A stretch of DNA of 32,000 nucleotides from a bacterium (GTDB lineage Bacteria; Bacillota; Clostridia; TANB77; RGIG9151): assembly GCA_963635575.1 (NCBI GenBank), contig CAVHFU010000011.1, forward strand, positions 1 to 32,000, written 5' to 3'. The notes beneath the pieces were generated by a model. The model searched no databases, was not told the origin of the DNA, and was given only the letters and a program-made list of their open reading frames with translations. The translations under genes were made by a program, and so were the position numbers. Positions 8,916-17,181 of the stretch are shown here, in pieces (the first letter of the stretch is position 1; each line of letters starts with the position of its first letter).

Positions 8916-10991
8916 TTAATCTATATTTTTTTCATATTTACAATCTTGGTTTGAGCAAATTAGTTTTTTGCCTTTTTTATACATAAAGTTTTTGCATTTT
9001 GGACATTTTTCGTCCGTTGGGGGATCCCAAATCATAAAGTTGCAAGCTTTGCTGTTTTCACAAGCATAGTATTTTTTACCGTGCTTTGTTTTCTTTATTA
9101 ATATTTTTCCGCGACATATAGGACATTCATATGGTGTTTCTTCGACAATTGGTTTTGCGTTTCTACATTCAGGAAATCCGGGGCAAGCTAAGAATTTTCC
9201 GTATTTTCCCTGCTTAATTACCATCATTCTTCCGCATTTTTCGCATTTTACATTACTTTCTTCATAGGTTAGCTCAACTTTACCGATTTTTTCTTCTGCT
9301 TCTTTTAATGTTATTGCGAATGGATCGTAAAAGTCTTTTATTACATCTTTCCATTTTACTTTGCCTTCTTCAATAGCGTCTAGTTTATCTTCCATAGAGG
9401 CTGTAAAGGTAACATCCATTATATCCTTAAAGTTTTCTTCGAGTAGATGTTCAACAATTGTTCCGAGTTCGGTAGGGTACAGAATTTTCTTTTCTTTTTC
9501 TATATATCCACGAGTGATAATTGTTGTTATTGTCGGAGCATAGGTACTTGGACGTCCGATTCCTTTTTCTTCTAATGCTTTTACTAAAGATGCTTCTGAA
9601 TATCTTGTAGGTGGCTCAGTAAAATGCTGGGAAGGAAGAAGTTCTTTTTCGGATAACTGTTGTTTTTTTTCTAAGTTAGGTAAAATTACGTCTTTTTCAT
9701 TTTGATTTTCTTCTTCGGTTGCTTCTGTATATAAGGTCATAAATCCTGGAAATTTTATTTGTGAGCCGGATGATTTAAATAAGTAGTCATTTGCTGTAAT
9801 GTCTATTGATAGGGTAGTAAATATTGCCGGTGTCATTTGGCTTGCCATAAATCTTTCCCAAATTAACTTGTATAGTTTATATTGCTCATTTGTAAGCGAA
9901 GATTTTGCTTCTTCAGGAGTTATTGAGATATATGAAGGACGAATTGCTTCGTGGGCATCCTGAGCGTTTTTCTTCGTTTTATATATGTTTGGTGTGTCAG
10001 GGTAGAAGTCCTTACCGTATTTATCTAAAATTATTTTTTTTGCTTCTTCTTGAGCTTCAACAGAGATACGTGTAGAGTCTGTTCTCATATATGTTATAAG
10101 TCCGACTGTTCCGTGACCTGCAACGTCTAGTCCTTCGTAGAGCTGTTGGGCTATCATCATTGTTTTTGAGGTGCCATATCCATATTTTCTAGATGCTTCT
10201 TGCTGAAGTGAGCTTGTTATAAATGGGGGAGCAGGGTACTTCCTTTTTTCGCCCGGTTTTATGTTTGAAACTGTGTATTTTGCATTTTTTAAGTCTGAAA
10301 CTATTTTATCTACTTGAGATTTATTAGTTAAGTCAAGTTTTTTATTTATTGTGCCATAGAACTTAGCTTCTAGAAGTTTCTTGGATTTTTTATCTTCTAA
10401 TTTTGCTATTAATGTCCAATATTCTTCAGGAATGAATTTTTCTATTTCAGACTCACGATCCGTTATTAGTTTTAATGCAACGGATTGTACACGTCCTGCA
10501 CTAAGTCCTTTTTTTACATTTTTCCAAAGCAGTGGACTAATTTTATATCCCACAATTCTATCTAGTACACGTCTTGCTTGTTGGGCGTCTACCAAATCCA
10601 TATCGATATTTCGAGGATTTGCGATAGCTTTTTTAACTGCATTTTCAGTTATTTCATTGAATGTAACTCTTTTTAAGTTTTCGACAGGTACATCGCCTAG
10701 CAGATATTTTAAGTGCCAAGATATAGCTTCTCCTTCACGATCAGGGTCGGTTGCGAGAAAGACTTTTTTACATTTCTTTGCAGTGCTTTTTAATTCTTTT
10801 ATAAGTGATGCTTTTCCGCGTATATTAATGTATTTCGGTTCAAAGTTATTTTCTATATCAATTCCAAGTTGGCTTTTAGGTAAGTCACGAATATGTCCCA
10901 TTGAGGCAAGTACTTTGTAGCTGTTTCCTAAAAATTTTTTTATGGTTTTAGATTTTGCTGGTGATTCTACAATAATTAAGTAGTTAGCCAT
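8916..10991 (-). CDS. topA: DNA topoisomerase I
   Basis: The Toprim N-terminus is MANYLIIVESPAKSKTIKKFLG, and the C-terminus has several Cys4 zinc ribbons (CEKCGRMM...CPGFPEC, CPICRG..., CPKCKN...). I start the gene at ATG 10991, which has a GGAGGA RBS. The longer track ORF beginning at 11036 has no RBS. Confidence 0.95.
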   Translation of the reverse strand: MANYLIIVESPAKSKTIKKFLGNSYKVLASMGHIRDLPKSQLGIDIENNFEPKYINIRGKASLIKELKSTAKKCKKVFLATDPDREGEAISWHLKYLLGDVPVENLKRVTFNEITENAVKKAIANPRNIDMDLVDAQQARRVLDRIVGYKISPLLWKNVKKGLSAGRVQSVALKLITDRESEIEKFIPEEYWTLIAKLEDKKSKKLLEAKFYGTINKKLDLTNKSQVDKIVSDLKNAKYTVSNIKPGEKRKYPAPPFITSSLQQEASRKYGYGTSKTMMIAQQLYEGLDVAGHGTVGLITYMRTDSTRISVEAQEEAKKIILDKYGKDFYPDTPNIYKTKKNAQDAHEAIRPSYISITPEEAKSSLTNEQYKLYKLIWERFMASQMTPAIFTTLSIDITANDYLFKSSGSQIKFPGFMTLYTEATEEENQNEKDVILPNLEKKQQLSEKELLPSQHFTEPPTRYSEASLVKALEEKGIGRPSTYAPTITTIITRGYIEKEKKILYPTELGTIVEHLLEENFKDIMDVTFTASMEDKLDAIEEGKVKWKDVIKDFYDPFAITLKEAEEKIGKVELTYEESNVKCEKCGRMMVIKQGKYGKFLACPGFPECRNAKPIVEETPYECPICRGKILIKKTKHGKKYYACENSKACNFMIWDPPTDEKCPKCKNFMYKKGKKLICSNQDCKYEKNID

Positions 10992-11074
10992 AATTTCCTC
11001 CAATTCTGTTGCAAAAGAGCAACAAATATAATCCACATAGAGTGTACATTAAATAAAAAGAATATGCAACAGTT

Positions 11075-12148
11075 TTATGCGTTTATTACATATTTTTGCC
11101 CAGGAAGTTCGGTAACATACCCATTTAATTCTAGTATGGTCAATGTTTCCAGTATTTCTGATAATGGCAAGGTGGTTTTAGTTACTATTTCGTCTATTAG
11201 GATTGGAGTTAAAGATAACAAAGAGTATATTTTATTTTCTTTGTCGGATAAATTGACAGGAGTAAATAAAGAGAGCTGTTTGGGTGGAGTTATTTGGGAT
11301 ATTTCTGTATAAATGTCCTCTAAAATATCTTGTGAGGTTGTTACAATTTTTGCACCGTCTTTTATTAGGGAATTTGTTCCGTCAGATGTAGAGTCGAATA
11401 TACTTCCAGGTACTGCATATACATTTCTTCCATATTCTCCGCATAGTCCGGCGGTTATCATTGTTCCGCTTTTTTTCTTTGCTTCTATGACCAATGTGCC
11501 TAGTGAAAGTCCTGCAACAATTCTATTTCTTATTGGAAAGTTTTGAGCGAAAGCTTGAGTATTTATCGGGAATTCGGATATTACTGCTCCTTTTTCTATG
11601 ATTTCGCCATAGAGTCGCTCATTTTGAGCTGGGTAAGGAATGTTTATTCCAGTGCCTAGAACAGCAATTGTTCTTCCACCCGATGCTAGGGCGTAGGAGT
11701 GTGCAAATGCGTCTATTCCGAGTGCCATGCCACTTACTATTGTTACACCGGATGAAGCAAGTTCGGAGGATAGTTTCTTTACGGCCGTTTTTCCATATTC
11801 GGTAAATCTTCTTGAACCAACAATCGAAATGGCACATTCGTCTTTGGGGAGGATATTACCTTTACAATATAGCAACGGTGGCGGGGAGGGGATGTGGCTT
11901 AAATTTATTGGGTATTCAGTTGAATTAAAGGAGATTAGCTTAATATTATTTTTTAAGCAATAATCATATTCGTATTTTGCCTCGTCTTTTAATTTTGAAG
12001 AAAACAATTTGTTTTTTATTGTTTCCGGGAAGTCGGAGGCTAGGGAATTAGAACTAAAAGCCTTTTCAACATCTTCAGAATCTATAAAGTTATAGATATC
12101 TTGATATTTGTGAAATATTTTGATTAGCCATATTAAATATAATTCCAT
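11075..12148 (-). CDS. dprA: DNA-processing protein DprA/Smf
   Basis: 357 aa. It has the Rossmann-like DprA core (ISIVGSRRFTEYG, SGMALGIDAFAH, LGTGINIPYPAQN) and a C-terminal winged-helix domain. dprA upstream of topA is a common pairing. Confidence 0.9.
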   Translation of the reverse strand: MELYLIWLIKIFHKYQDIYNFIDSEDVEKAFSSNSLASDFPETIKNKLFSSKLKDEAKYEYDYCLKNNIKLISFNSTEYPINLSHIPSPPPLLYCKGNILPKDECAISIVGSRRFTEYGKTAVKKLSSELASSGVTIVSGMALGIDAFAHSYALASGGRTIAVLGTGINIPYPAQNERLYGEIIEKGAVISEFPINTQAFAQNFPIRNRIVAGLSLGTLVIEAKKKSGTMITAGLCGEYGRNVYAVPGSIFDSTSDGTNSLIKDGAKIVTTSQDILEDIYTEISQITPPKQLSLFTPVNLSDKENKIYSLLSLTPILIDEIVTKTTLPLSEILETLTILELNGYVTELPGQKYVINA

Positions 12149-12223
12149 ACTTATACACCTCTTACATATAATACCATGCGAAATAAAAAATGTAAATATA
12201 TAGAAAATAATATTGAAAGAAAT

Positions 12224-12258
12224 ACAAAAAAAGACTGCAAAAATGATTTCTTGCAGCC
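12224..12258 (-). terminator. Rho-independent terminator of the small DUF1858 gene
   Basis: On the minus strand the hairpin is CTGCAA-loop-TTGCAG, followed by TCTTTTTTT. Confidence 0.65.
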
Positions 12259-12285
12259 TCCATTGTTTTGAGAAACGTATTGAAT

Positions 12286-12483
12286 TTACTTGTTAAGTTG
12301 TGAAAGAATTTCGTTTACGTCTACGCCATGTGCTTCACAAGCTTCTAGTAAAGTTTCCATTTGTGCGGAAGGGCAACCCAAGCAATGCATTCCCATACTT
12401 AATAATACAGGTGCTGCTTCTTCTCCGCAAATTTCTAAAATTTCGCCAATTGTCATATCAGCAGTAACTTTTTCCATTTTCAT
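12286..12483 (-). CDS. DUF1858 / hybrid-cluster-protein-associated redox-disulfide domain protein
   Basis: This small protein contains TIGEIL...MHCLGCP...ETLLEACEAHG, typical of that family. The start is ATG 12483 or 12477. The track's longer start at 12519 has no RBS. Confidence 0.65.
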   Translation of the reverse strand: MKMEKVTADMTIGEILEICGEEAAPVLLSMGMHCLGCPSAQMETLLEACEAHGVDVNEILSQLNK

Positions 12484-12566
12484 CTCGCCTTTCTTACATA
12501 AGATGTTAGTATTATACAACGTTTTTGAAAAAATATAAAGTATTTATAGAAAAAAATAAAAATGTG

Positions 12567-12595
12567 TGGACAAATGTTAAAAGTTGGAATATAAT
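12567..12595 (+). promoter_or_regulatory. SigmaA-type promoter of the Tad-like operon
   Basis: TGGACA (12567-12572), a 17-nt spacer, then TATAAT (12590-12595). An AAAGGAGGTG RBS follows, then ATG 12643. Confidence 0.6.
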
Positions 12596-12642
12596 TTAGT
12601 AAATTAATGCATTAATGTTAGAAAATGTAAAGGAGGTGACTT

Positions 12643-12963
12643 ATGAAGAAAAGAGTTGCTACAATCTTTACGTTTTGTGTTTTGATTATGACTGTATCGT
12701 TTGGGGCAACATATCCGACGATTATGAATAACTTAAAGAATGCCTTGACGCAAATTCAGTCTTGGCTTGTTGCAATTGCTACTCCGGCGGCTGCAATTGG
12801 CGTTATTACAGGAGTGCTTATAAAGAAGTTTAGTTTTGGTGATACGGAAAGAATGCTTACCGGTAGGAGACTTATACGTTCTTGTTTCGTTTCATACGGA
12901 GTTGTTGTGGGAATTGACTTGATTTTAAAAGCGATTACGACTTTTGTTACAAAAAAATCGTAG
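12643..12963 (+). CDS. Small exported two-helix membrane protein with VirB2/TrbC-pilin-like architecture; candidate major subunit
   Basis: 106 aa with a strong RBS. It has a Sec-type signal peptide (MKKR-VATIFTFCVLIMTV-SFG/A). The mature part is a short polar N-terminus, hydrophobic helix 1 (WLVAIATPAAAIGVITGVLI), a basic loop (KKFSFGDTERMLTGRRLIR) and hydrophobic helix 2 (SCFVSYGVVVGIDLILKAI). There is no class III G/xxxxEY Flp motif. The coding call is solid; the family assignment rests on architecture only. Confidence 0.5.
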   Translation: MKKRVATIFTFCVLIMTVSFGATYPTIMNNLKNALTQIQSWLVAIATPAAAIGVITGVLIKKFSFGDTERMLTGRRLIRSCFVSYGVVVGIDLILKAITTFVTKKS

Positions 12964-12983
12964 TGCGGTATTGCTTATATGGG

Positions 12984-13012
12984 AAGAGAGGCGTACATTG
13001 CCTCTCTTTTTT
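12984..13012 (+). terminator. Intra-operon intrinsic terminator/attenuator directly after the subunit gene
   Basis: A 9-bp stem AAGAGAGGC / GCCTCTCTT with a 7-nt loop is followed by a T-run. It lies 21 nt after the stop codon and 18 nt before the next gene's ATG. Confidence 0.75.
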
Positions 13013-13030
13013 AAATTAAAGGAGAAGGAT

Positions 13031-13852
13031 ATGGGAAAAATTGAAGCGATTATAGCGAGTATTATGGCGATTAAAGAAGGGGCAGACGAACTTGGGAAAT
13101 TGTTTTCTGTGACTATATCAGGTAAATTTTATAGTGCAATGGATAAAATTACTTTTTTAGATAGTAAGGCACTTGGGATAGGGAGTAACGGGAAGATTAT
13201 TGATGGAACAAGTACACTTGGCGAGGCTGTTTGTAATTTAAGTAATTTAGTGATATGGGGCGTGTTGTTACTTTATTGTTTTTATGGTTTGTTTCATTAT
13301 TTTTTGTCTAGGAAGTTTGAAATGCCAATGAAGGTTTTTATAAGAAGTGTTGTTTTTGGAATTTTGGTAAATTCAGCTTTTTTTATTTGTTTTTCGGCGG
13401 TTTATTTTACAGAAAATATTACTCAATACATTATTGAATTTTGTGGCGGCGAGACGTCATTTTGTTATTTTGAGAATGCAAAAGATGATTTACAATTAGA
13501 GGTTGATACGGATAGTGACAATGTAAATATTTTTACTGCCGAAGATTTAATAAAAGTTTCTAATTATTTTATGACATTTGTTTTGGGGATAATGCTTGGA
13601 ATTAGATTTATTTTAATAAAGGTGTTAATTATTCTTTCACCTATATTTTTTGCTTTGGGGTGCTCTACTATTACCGAAAAGTGGCTAAAAAGTGGTGTGA
13701 TTTTATTTTTGAAACTTTTGTCATTTCAAGTAGTTGCCGTAATAGTTTTGGAAATTTTTAAAAAAATAAATTTTGGGGAAGAGGCTATTTTACAGATTAT
13801 GCTGATTTCGGCAATGCTACTGAGTGTAAAAGCTATTAAAAAAATATTTTAA
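13031..13852 (+). CDS. Polytopic membrane protein (about 6 TM) with VirB6/TrbL-like topology
   Basis: The start is ATG 13031 with an AAAGGAGAAGG RBS. The track's upstream extension from 12944 runs through the terminator. A ~75-aa soluble N-terminus is followed by TM pairs, an acidic loop (ENAKDDLQLEVDTDSDNV) and further TMs. The family call comes only from position after a VirB2-like gene and from topology. Confidence 0.4.
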   Translation: MGKIEAIIASIMAIKEGADELGKLFSVTISGKFYSAMDKITFLDSKALGIGSNGKIIDGTSTLGEAVCNLSNLVIWGVLLLYCFYGLFHYFLSRKFEMPMKVFIRSVVFGILVNSAFFICFSAVYFTENITQYIIEFCGGETSFCYFENAKDDLQLEVDTDSDNVNIFTAEDLIKVSNYFMTFVLGIMLGIRFILIKVLIILSPIFFALGCSTITEKWLKSGVILFLKLLSFQVVAVIVLEIFKKINFGEEAILQIMLISAMLLSVKAIKKIF

Positions 13853-13913
13853 AACTATTAATTAAATTTTAACTAAAGCCGATTAGAAAATTGAGAAAGG
13901 TAGGTAGGTTAAT

Positions 13914-14765
13914 GTGAAAATTTCAAGAGTGAGGCACGTAGTAATAACATGTATTATATTTTTGATTATAATTGCACTTATAATAACAGTGTATAATAAT
14001 CGTTTGGAGGCTATTGCCCAAAATACGGAGGAATATGTAAATAGGGTTGTGGCTACCGAGGACATTAATCCAGGCACTTTAATAACTGAAAATAATGTGA
14101 AGTTAGTTCAAATACAAGATGTGGTAAAAACTGACGGTTTGGTTTATAGACTAAATCAAATGGATCAAGAAAGAGAATCAGTTGATAAAACAAACGAATA
14201 TAAGAATATGCTTATAGAAGGTAAAATAAGTCCTTCAACTTCTTCAGATGACAGATGGGCAATAGGCAAAACCGCTGTTAACAAGATCCGCAAGGGTGAA
14301 CTTGTAGTTACTGACGATTTAAGATTGCCGGAAGATATGACTTCAAGTAACGAGAGAATATATAATATATCTTTCGACTCTTCCACAACAGGTGGGTACA
14401 ATGTTAAAGTAGGCGACAAAGTAGATATTTGCTTATTGTATAATGATAATGCAAAGGCAATAAAAGAATACCAAAATTTAGAGCAAAATAAGGTTATTGA
14501 TATTATTTTGGCTAAAAAAGAAATCATAGATATAAGAGATGAGGCTGGCAATAGTCAGGTAAATAATGCAGCTGTTGTGCCTGGCTATATATGTTTCAAA
14601 TTGACTTATGATGAAATTAATAAGGTGGAACTAGCTAAGCGACAAGGTAAAGTTTTCGTTGGAATTGTTGAAACGTATCTTGATGATGCGCATGCTGAAA
14701 CATTTATGCAAGGTGTTACATTGCCTACTTTTGAAACACCTATAAACGAAACGGTTGAGCCTTAA
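13914..14765 (+). CDS. cpaB: Flp-pilus assembly protein CpaB/RcpC-like (N-terminal TM, SAF domain, RcpC domain)
   Basis: GTG start. It has a TM anchor (VVITCIIFLIIIALIITVY). SAF-like motifs are present (VVATEDINPGTLITENNVKLVQI and GKTAVNKIRKGELVVTDDL). RcpC-like motifs are also present (ERIYNISFDSSTTGGYNVKVGDKVDICLLY and KLTYDEINKVELAKRQGKVFVGIV). Confidence 0.75.
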   Translation: MKISRVRHVVITCIIFLIIIALIITVYNNRLEAIAQNTEEYVNRVVATEDINPGTLITENNVKLVQIQDVVKTDGLVYRLNQMDQERESVDKTNEYKNMLIEGKISPSTSSDDRWAIGKTAVNKIRKGELVVTDDLRLPEDMTSSNERIYNISFDSSTTGGYNVKVGDKVDICLLYNDNAKAIKEYQNLEQNKVIDIILAKKEIIDIRDEAGNSQVNNAAVVPGYICFKLTYDEINKVELAKRQGKVFVGIVETYLDDAHAETFMQGVTLPTFETPINETVEP

Positions 14766-14784
14766 GTTAACATGATTTTAAAAA

Positions 14785-14807
14785 AGGCGGTGTGTTTTTC
14801 ACCGCCT
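14785..14807 (+). promoter_or_regulatory. GC-rich intercistronic hairpin between the cpaB-like and minD/tadZ-like genes
   Basis: An 8-bp stem AGGCGGTG / CACCGCCT has a 7-nt loop and no clean T-run afterwards. This suggests an mRNA stability or processing element, or a weak attenuator, rather than a full terminator. Confidence 0.5.
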
Positions 14808-14837
14808 GTAAAATATATATTTGAAAGGACGATATTT

Positions 14838-15683
14838 ATGGAAGATAGAAATCCAAAAGTTATTTCTGTTGGAAGCGTGAAGCATGGGCAGGGAGTTACT
14901 ACACTTGCATATAATTTAGCTTATAAGTTATCAACATTATTGCCAAAGAAGATACTTATTGTTGATGTTAATTATTTGTTTAAGGAAATGAGTTATTTAG
15001 CTGAGCAAACTAATAAAAATGGAATTGATGATTTAATTTCTATGGTTAAAACTCAAGAATTAAGCCAAGAGATATTTATGTTGCATACCGAGGAAATTAA
15101 TAGAAATTTAAGAGTTATTAATTCTACACAAATCGAAACATTAGACTACATAAGAAAAAATGACAAGTATTTGCTTAAGGTTTTGGATGAAGCTAAAAAG
15201 TATTTTGATGTTATAGTTGTGGATGCTTCAGCGGGAATTAAAAATTCGATTACTGCTGAATTATATGAGTATAGCGATGTGTTTGTAAATATTTTAACTC
15301 AAAATGCTTACACAATAGATTGGTACACGAAGCATGAGAATTATAAGAATGATGAAAAGGTTGTAAATGTAATAAATATGTATGAGGAAGACATTTATCC
15401 TGATTATGGCGATATAAAGAAAGAATTTAAACTTGAAAACATGATACTTTTGAGATATTCTAAACTGTTTAGACATTTTTATAACCAAAAAATATTAGAT
15501 CCTTTCTATAAGACTGAGGATTTATTTAATAATGATTTTTCACAATTAATTGTGAAGATTGGCGAAAAAATCGGATTAAAAGAATTGGCAAAGTTAGATA
15601 TTGTAAATGATAACATGTTAATAGATGTTAAGTATAATAATAAGAAAAAAGGATTTTTTAGCAGATTGTTTGGCAAAAAATAG
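14838..15683 (+). CDS. MinD/ParA-family TadZ/CpaE-like protein with a degenerate P-loop and a MinD-like C-terminal amphipathic helix
   Basis: The start is ATG 14838 with a GAAAGGA RBS. The deviant Walker A reads VGSVKHGQGVTT against the MinD pattern SGKGGVGKTT: the signature Lys is kept and the P-loop Lys is replaced by Val. A Walker B-like FDVIVVDAS is present. The C-terminus KKKGFFSRLFGKK resembles the E. coli MinD membrane-targeting sequence KKGFLKRLFGG. There is no N-terminal receiver-like domain. Confidence 0.7.
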   Translation: MEDRNPKVISVGSVKHGQGVTTLAYNLAYKLSTLLPKKILIVDVNYLFKEMSYLAEQTNKNGIDDLISMVKTQELSQEIFMLHTEEINRNLRVINSTQIETLDYIRKNDKYLLKVLDEAKKYFDVIVVDASAGIKNSITAELYEYSDVFVNILTQNAYTIDWYTKHENYKNDEKVVNVINMYEEDIYPDYGDIKKEFKLENMILLRYSKLFRHFYNQKILDPFYKTEDLFNNDFSQLIVKIGEKIGLKELAKLDIVNDNMLIDVKYNNKKKGFFSRLFGKK

Positions 15684-15703
15684 ACTTTGTGGAGGGAAAA
15701 AAT

Positions 15704-17164
15704 ATGGCGTCTCAACAAGTACTTTTACAAGACATAATTGAATCCATAAAAAATATAATGGAAAATTATAAGGAAGATAAAGAGTTAAAATTATTGCATC
15801 AAAAGAAAATCGACCAAGCAGCGGCGGGTGGAGTTGAAGCTAAGAGTTATGTAAAAGAGGAGATAATGAAAGTTTGTTTAAAAGACCTTAATACTAAAAT
15901 AACCGAGGAAAATATAGACAGCTTAATAAAGCAATATCATGTGAATTATTATGAAAATATATATGGGGATGACCCGGATGATAGGTTTTGTCAACTTTTT
16001 GAACATATGGTGTTATCTGAAAATGATGATTTTGATGTAAAGATTGAGAGACTTGTACAAATTATTTACCAAGAGCTTTACGGACTCGGAGTAATTGATG
16101 AGCTATGTGAAGGGCACATTGATGAAACAGGTGTAAATGGTAAGGATTATATATGGATTCAAGTTGGTGGTTTAAAGCGTCAAATGAAAAAACTCCATTT
16201 CCAATCTCAAGCCATTTTGCAGAAGAAAGTTTCAACTGCGATAAGTTTTGATAGTAAAAATGATATAACTGCCAGTGAGCCCATTGTTTACTGCCAAAGA
16301 ATGAACGGAAGCCGTGTTACTGCGGTTATTCCTCCGGTTGCAAAATACCCTATATTAAACATCCGTCACTTCCACTTAGCCAATGTTACTAAGTATGATT
16401 TGGTTGATAAAGCTACTTTGACAAAAGATGCGGTAAGGTTTATTGAGTTAGTATTTAAGGGTAGACCTAATTTTCTAATTATAGGTCAGCAAGGTAGTGG
16501 TAAATCAACATTACTTAGAGTGCTGTTAAATGAAGTATCTGATGCTATTGGTATAGGTACTATTGAAAATATGTTTGAGCTTAACCTGGATGATTATTAT
16601 CCTAACAAAAACGTAATTGCTTTGCAGTCTACTGAAAAATTCCCAGCAGACAAGCTATTCGAGTTGATGCTGAGACAAAACAGAGATATTGTGTTACTTG
16701 GAGAAATTCGTTCTTCAAATGAGGCTGTTGAAACTATAAATGCGATGCTTCGTCAGTGTCGTGGCTCTGCTGCTACATTCCACAGTTCTTCCCCTACTCG
16801 TGCAGTACACGACTTAAGAAACTTGTGTATGCGTAGTTCGCAGTATAAAGACTTTTTAACAGCACAATTTGACGTTGCTGATGCTATCGATTTAATCTTA
16901 GAGGGAAGACTTGATTATGAAACCGGTAAGAGATACATAAATCGTATATCTGTTGTTGAAGCAAATGACGAAGATTATAAGTTCGTTGTTAGTGATATAT
17001 TTAAATATAATCATGATAAAAAAGAATTAGAGCCTGTTCAATGCGTTTCTGATAAATTCATGGAGAAACTTTTGGATTATGGTATGCCTGTAGAGAACAT
17101 AGAAAAAATTAAAGAGATCTTTAAAGGCAAAGTAAAGCCGAAAAAGAAAAAAGATGAAGAGTAG
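15704..17164 (+). CDS. cpaF: CpaF/TadA-type secretion ATPase (T2SSE/VirB11 superfamily)
   Basis: The start is ATG 15704 with a GGAGGG RBS 7 nt upstream. It has Walker A (GQQGSGKSTLLRVL), Walker B (DIVLLGEIRSSNEAVE) and a His-box-like motif (GSAATFHSSSPTRAV). A ~250-aa N-terminal domain is typical of CpaF-length proteins. Confidence 0.85.
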   Translation: MASQQVLLQDIIESIKNIMENYKEDKELKLLHQKKIDQAAAGGVEAKSYVKEEIMKVCLKDLNTKITEENIDSLIKQYHVNYYENIYGDDPDDRFCQLFEHMVLSENDDFDVKIERLVQIIYQELYGLGVIDELCEGHIDETGVNGKDYIWIQVGGLKRQMKKLHFQSQAILQKKVSTAISFDSKNDITASEPIVYCQRMNGSRVTAVIPPVAKYPILNIRHFHLANVTKYDLVDKATLTKDAVRFIELVFKGRPNFLIIGQQGSGKSTLLRVLLNEVSDAIGIGTIENMFELNLDDYYPNKNVIALQSTEKFPADKLFELMLRQNRDIVLLGEIRSSNEAVETINAMLRQCRGSAATFHSSSPTRAVHDLRNLCMRSSQYKDFLTAQFDVADAIDLILEGRLDYETGKRYINRISVVEANDEDYKFVVSDIFKYNHDKKELEPVQCVSDKFMEKLLDYGMPVENIEKIKEIFKGKVKPKKKKDEE

Positions 17165-17181
17165 AAAGGCGGGAAAATGCG

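Noticed and set aside
11064-11312. An 82-aa plus-strand ORF spans the topA-dprA junction.
   Set aside because: It is antisense to the dprA 3' end, has no RBS, and has the composition of a shadow frame.
11075-12642. dprA lies about 500 bp from the Tad-like operon, which hints at a competence (DNA-uptake) pilus, since Tad-type pili have been linked to transformation in an actinobacterium.
   Set aside because: dprA belongs to the conserved dprA-topA pair and is on the opposite strand. It is separated from the operon by an unrelated small gene with its own terminator. Proximity alone is not evidence, so I keep this only as one functional hypothesis to test.
12944-13030. The track's longer start (12944) for the polytopic membrane gene overlaps the end of the subunit gene.
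   Set aside because: The extension is translated straight through the terminator hairpin and has no RBS. ATG 13031 has a strong AAAGGAGAAGG RBS.
14772-14837. The track's longer starts for the MinD/TadZ-like gene (14772), the CpaF-like gene (15689 GTG), topA (11036) and the S1 gene (21896).
   Set aside because: In each case an internal ATG has a well-spaced GGAGG-type RBS and the family-typical N-terminus. The extensions cross hairpins or lack an RBS.
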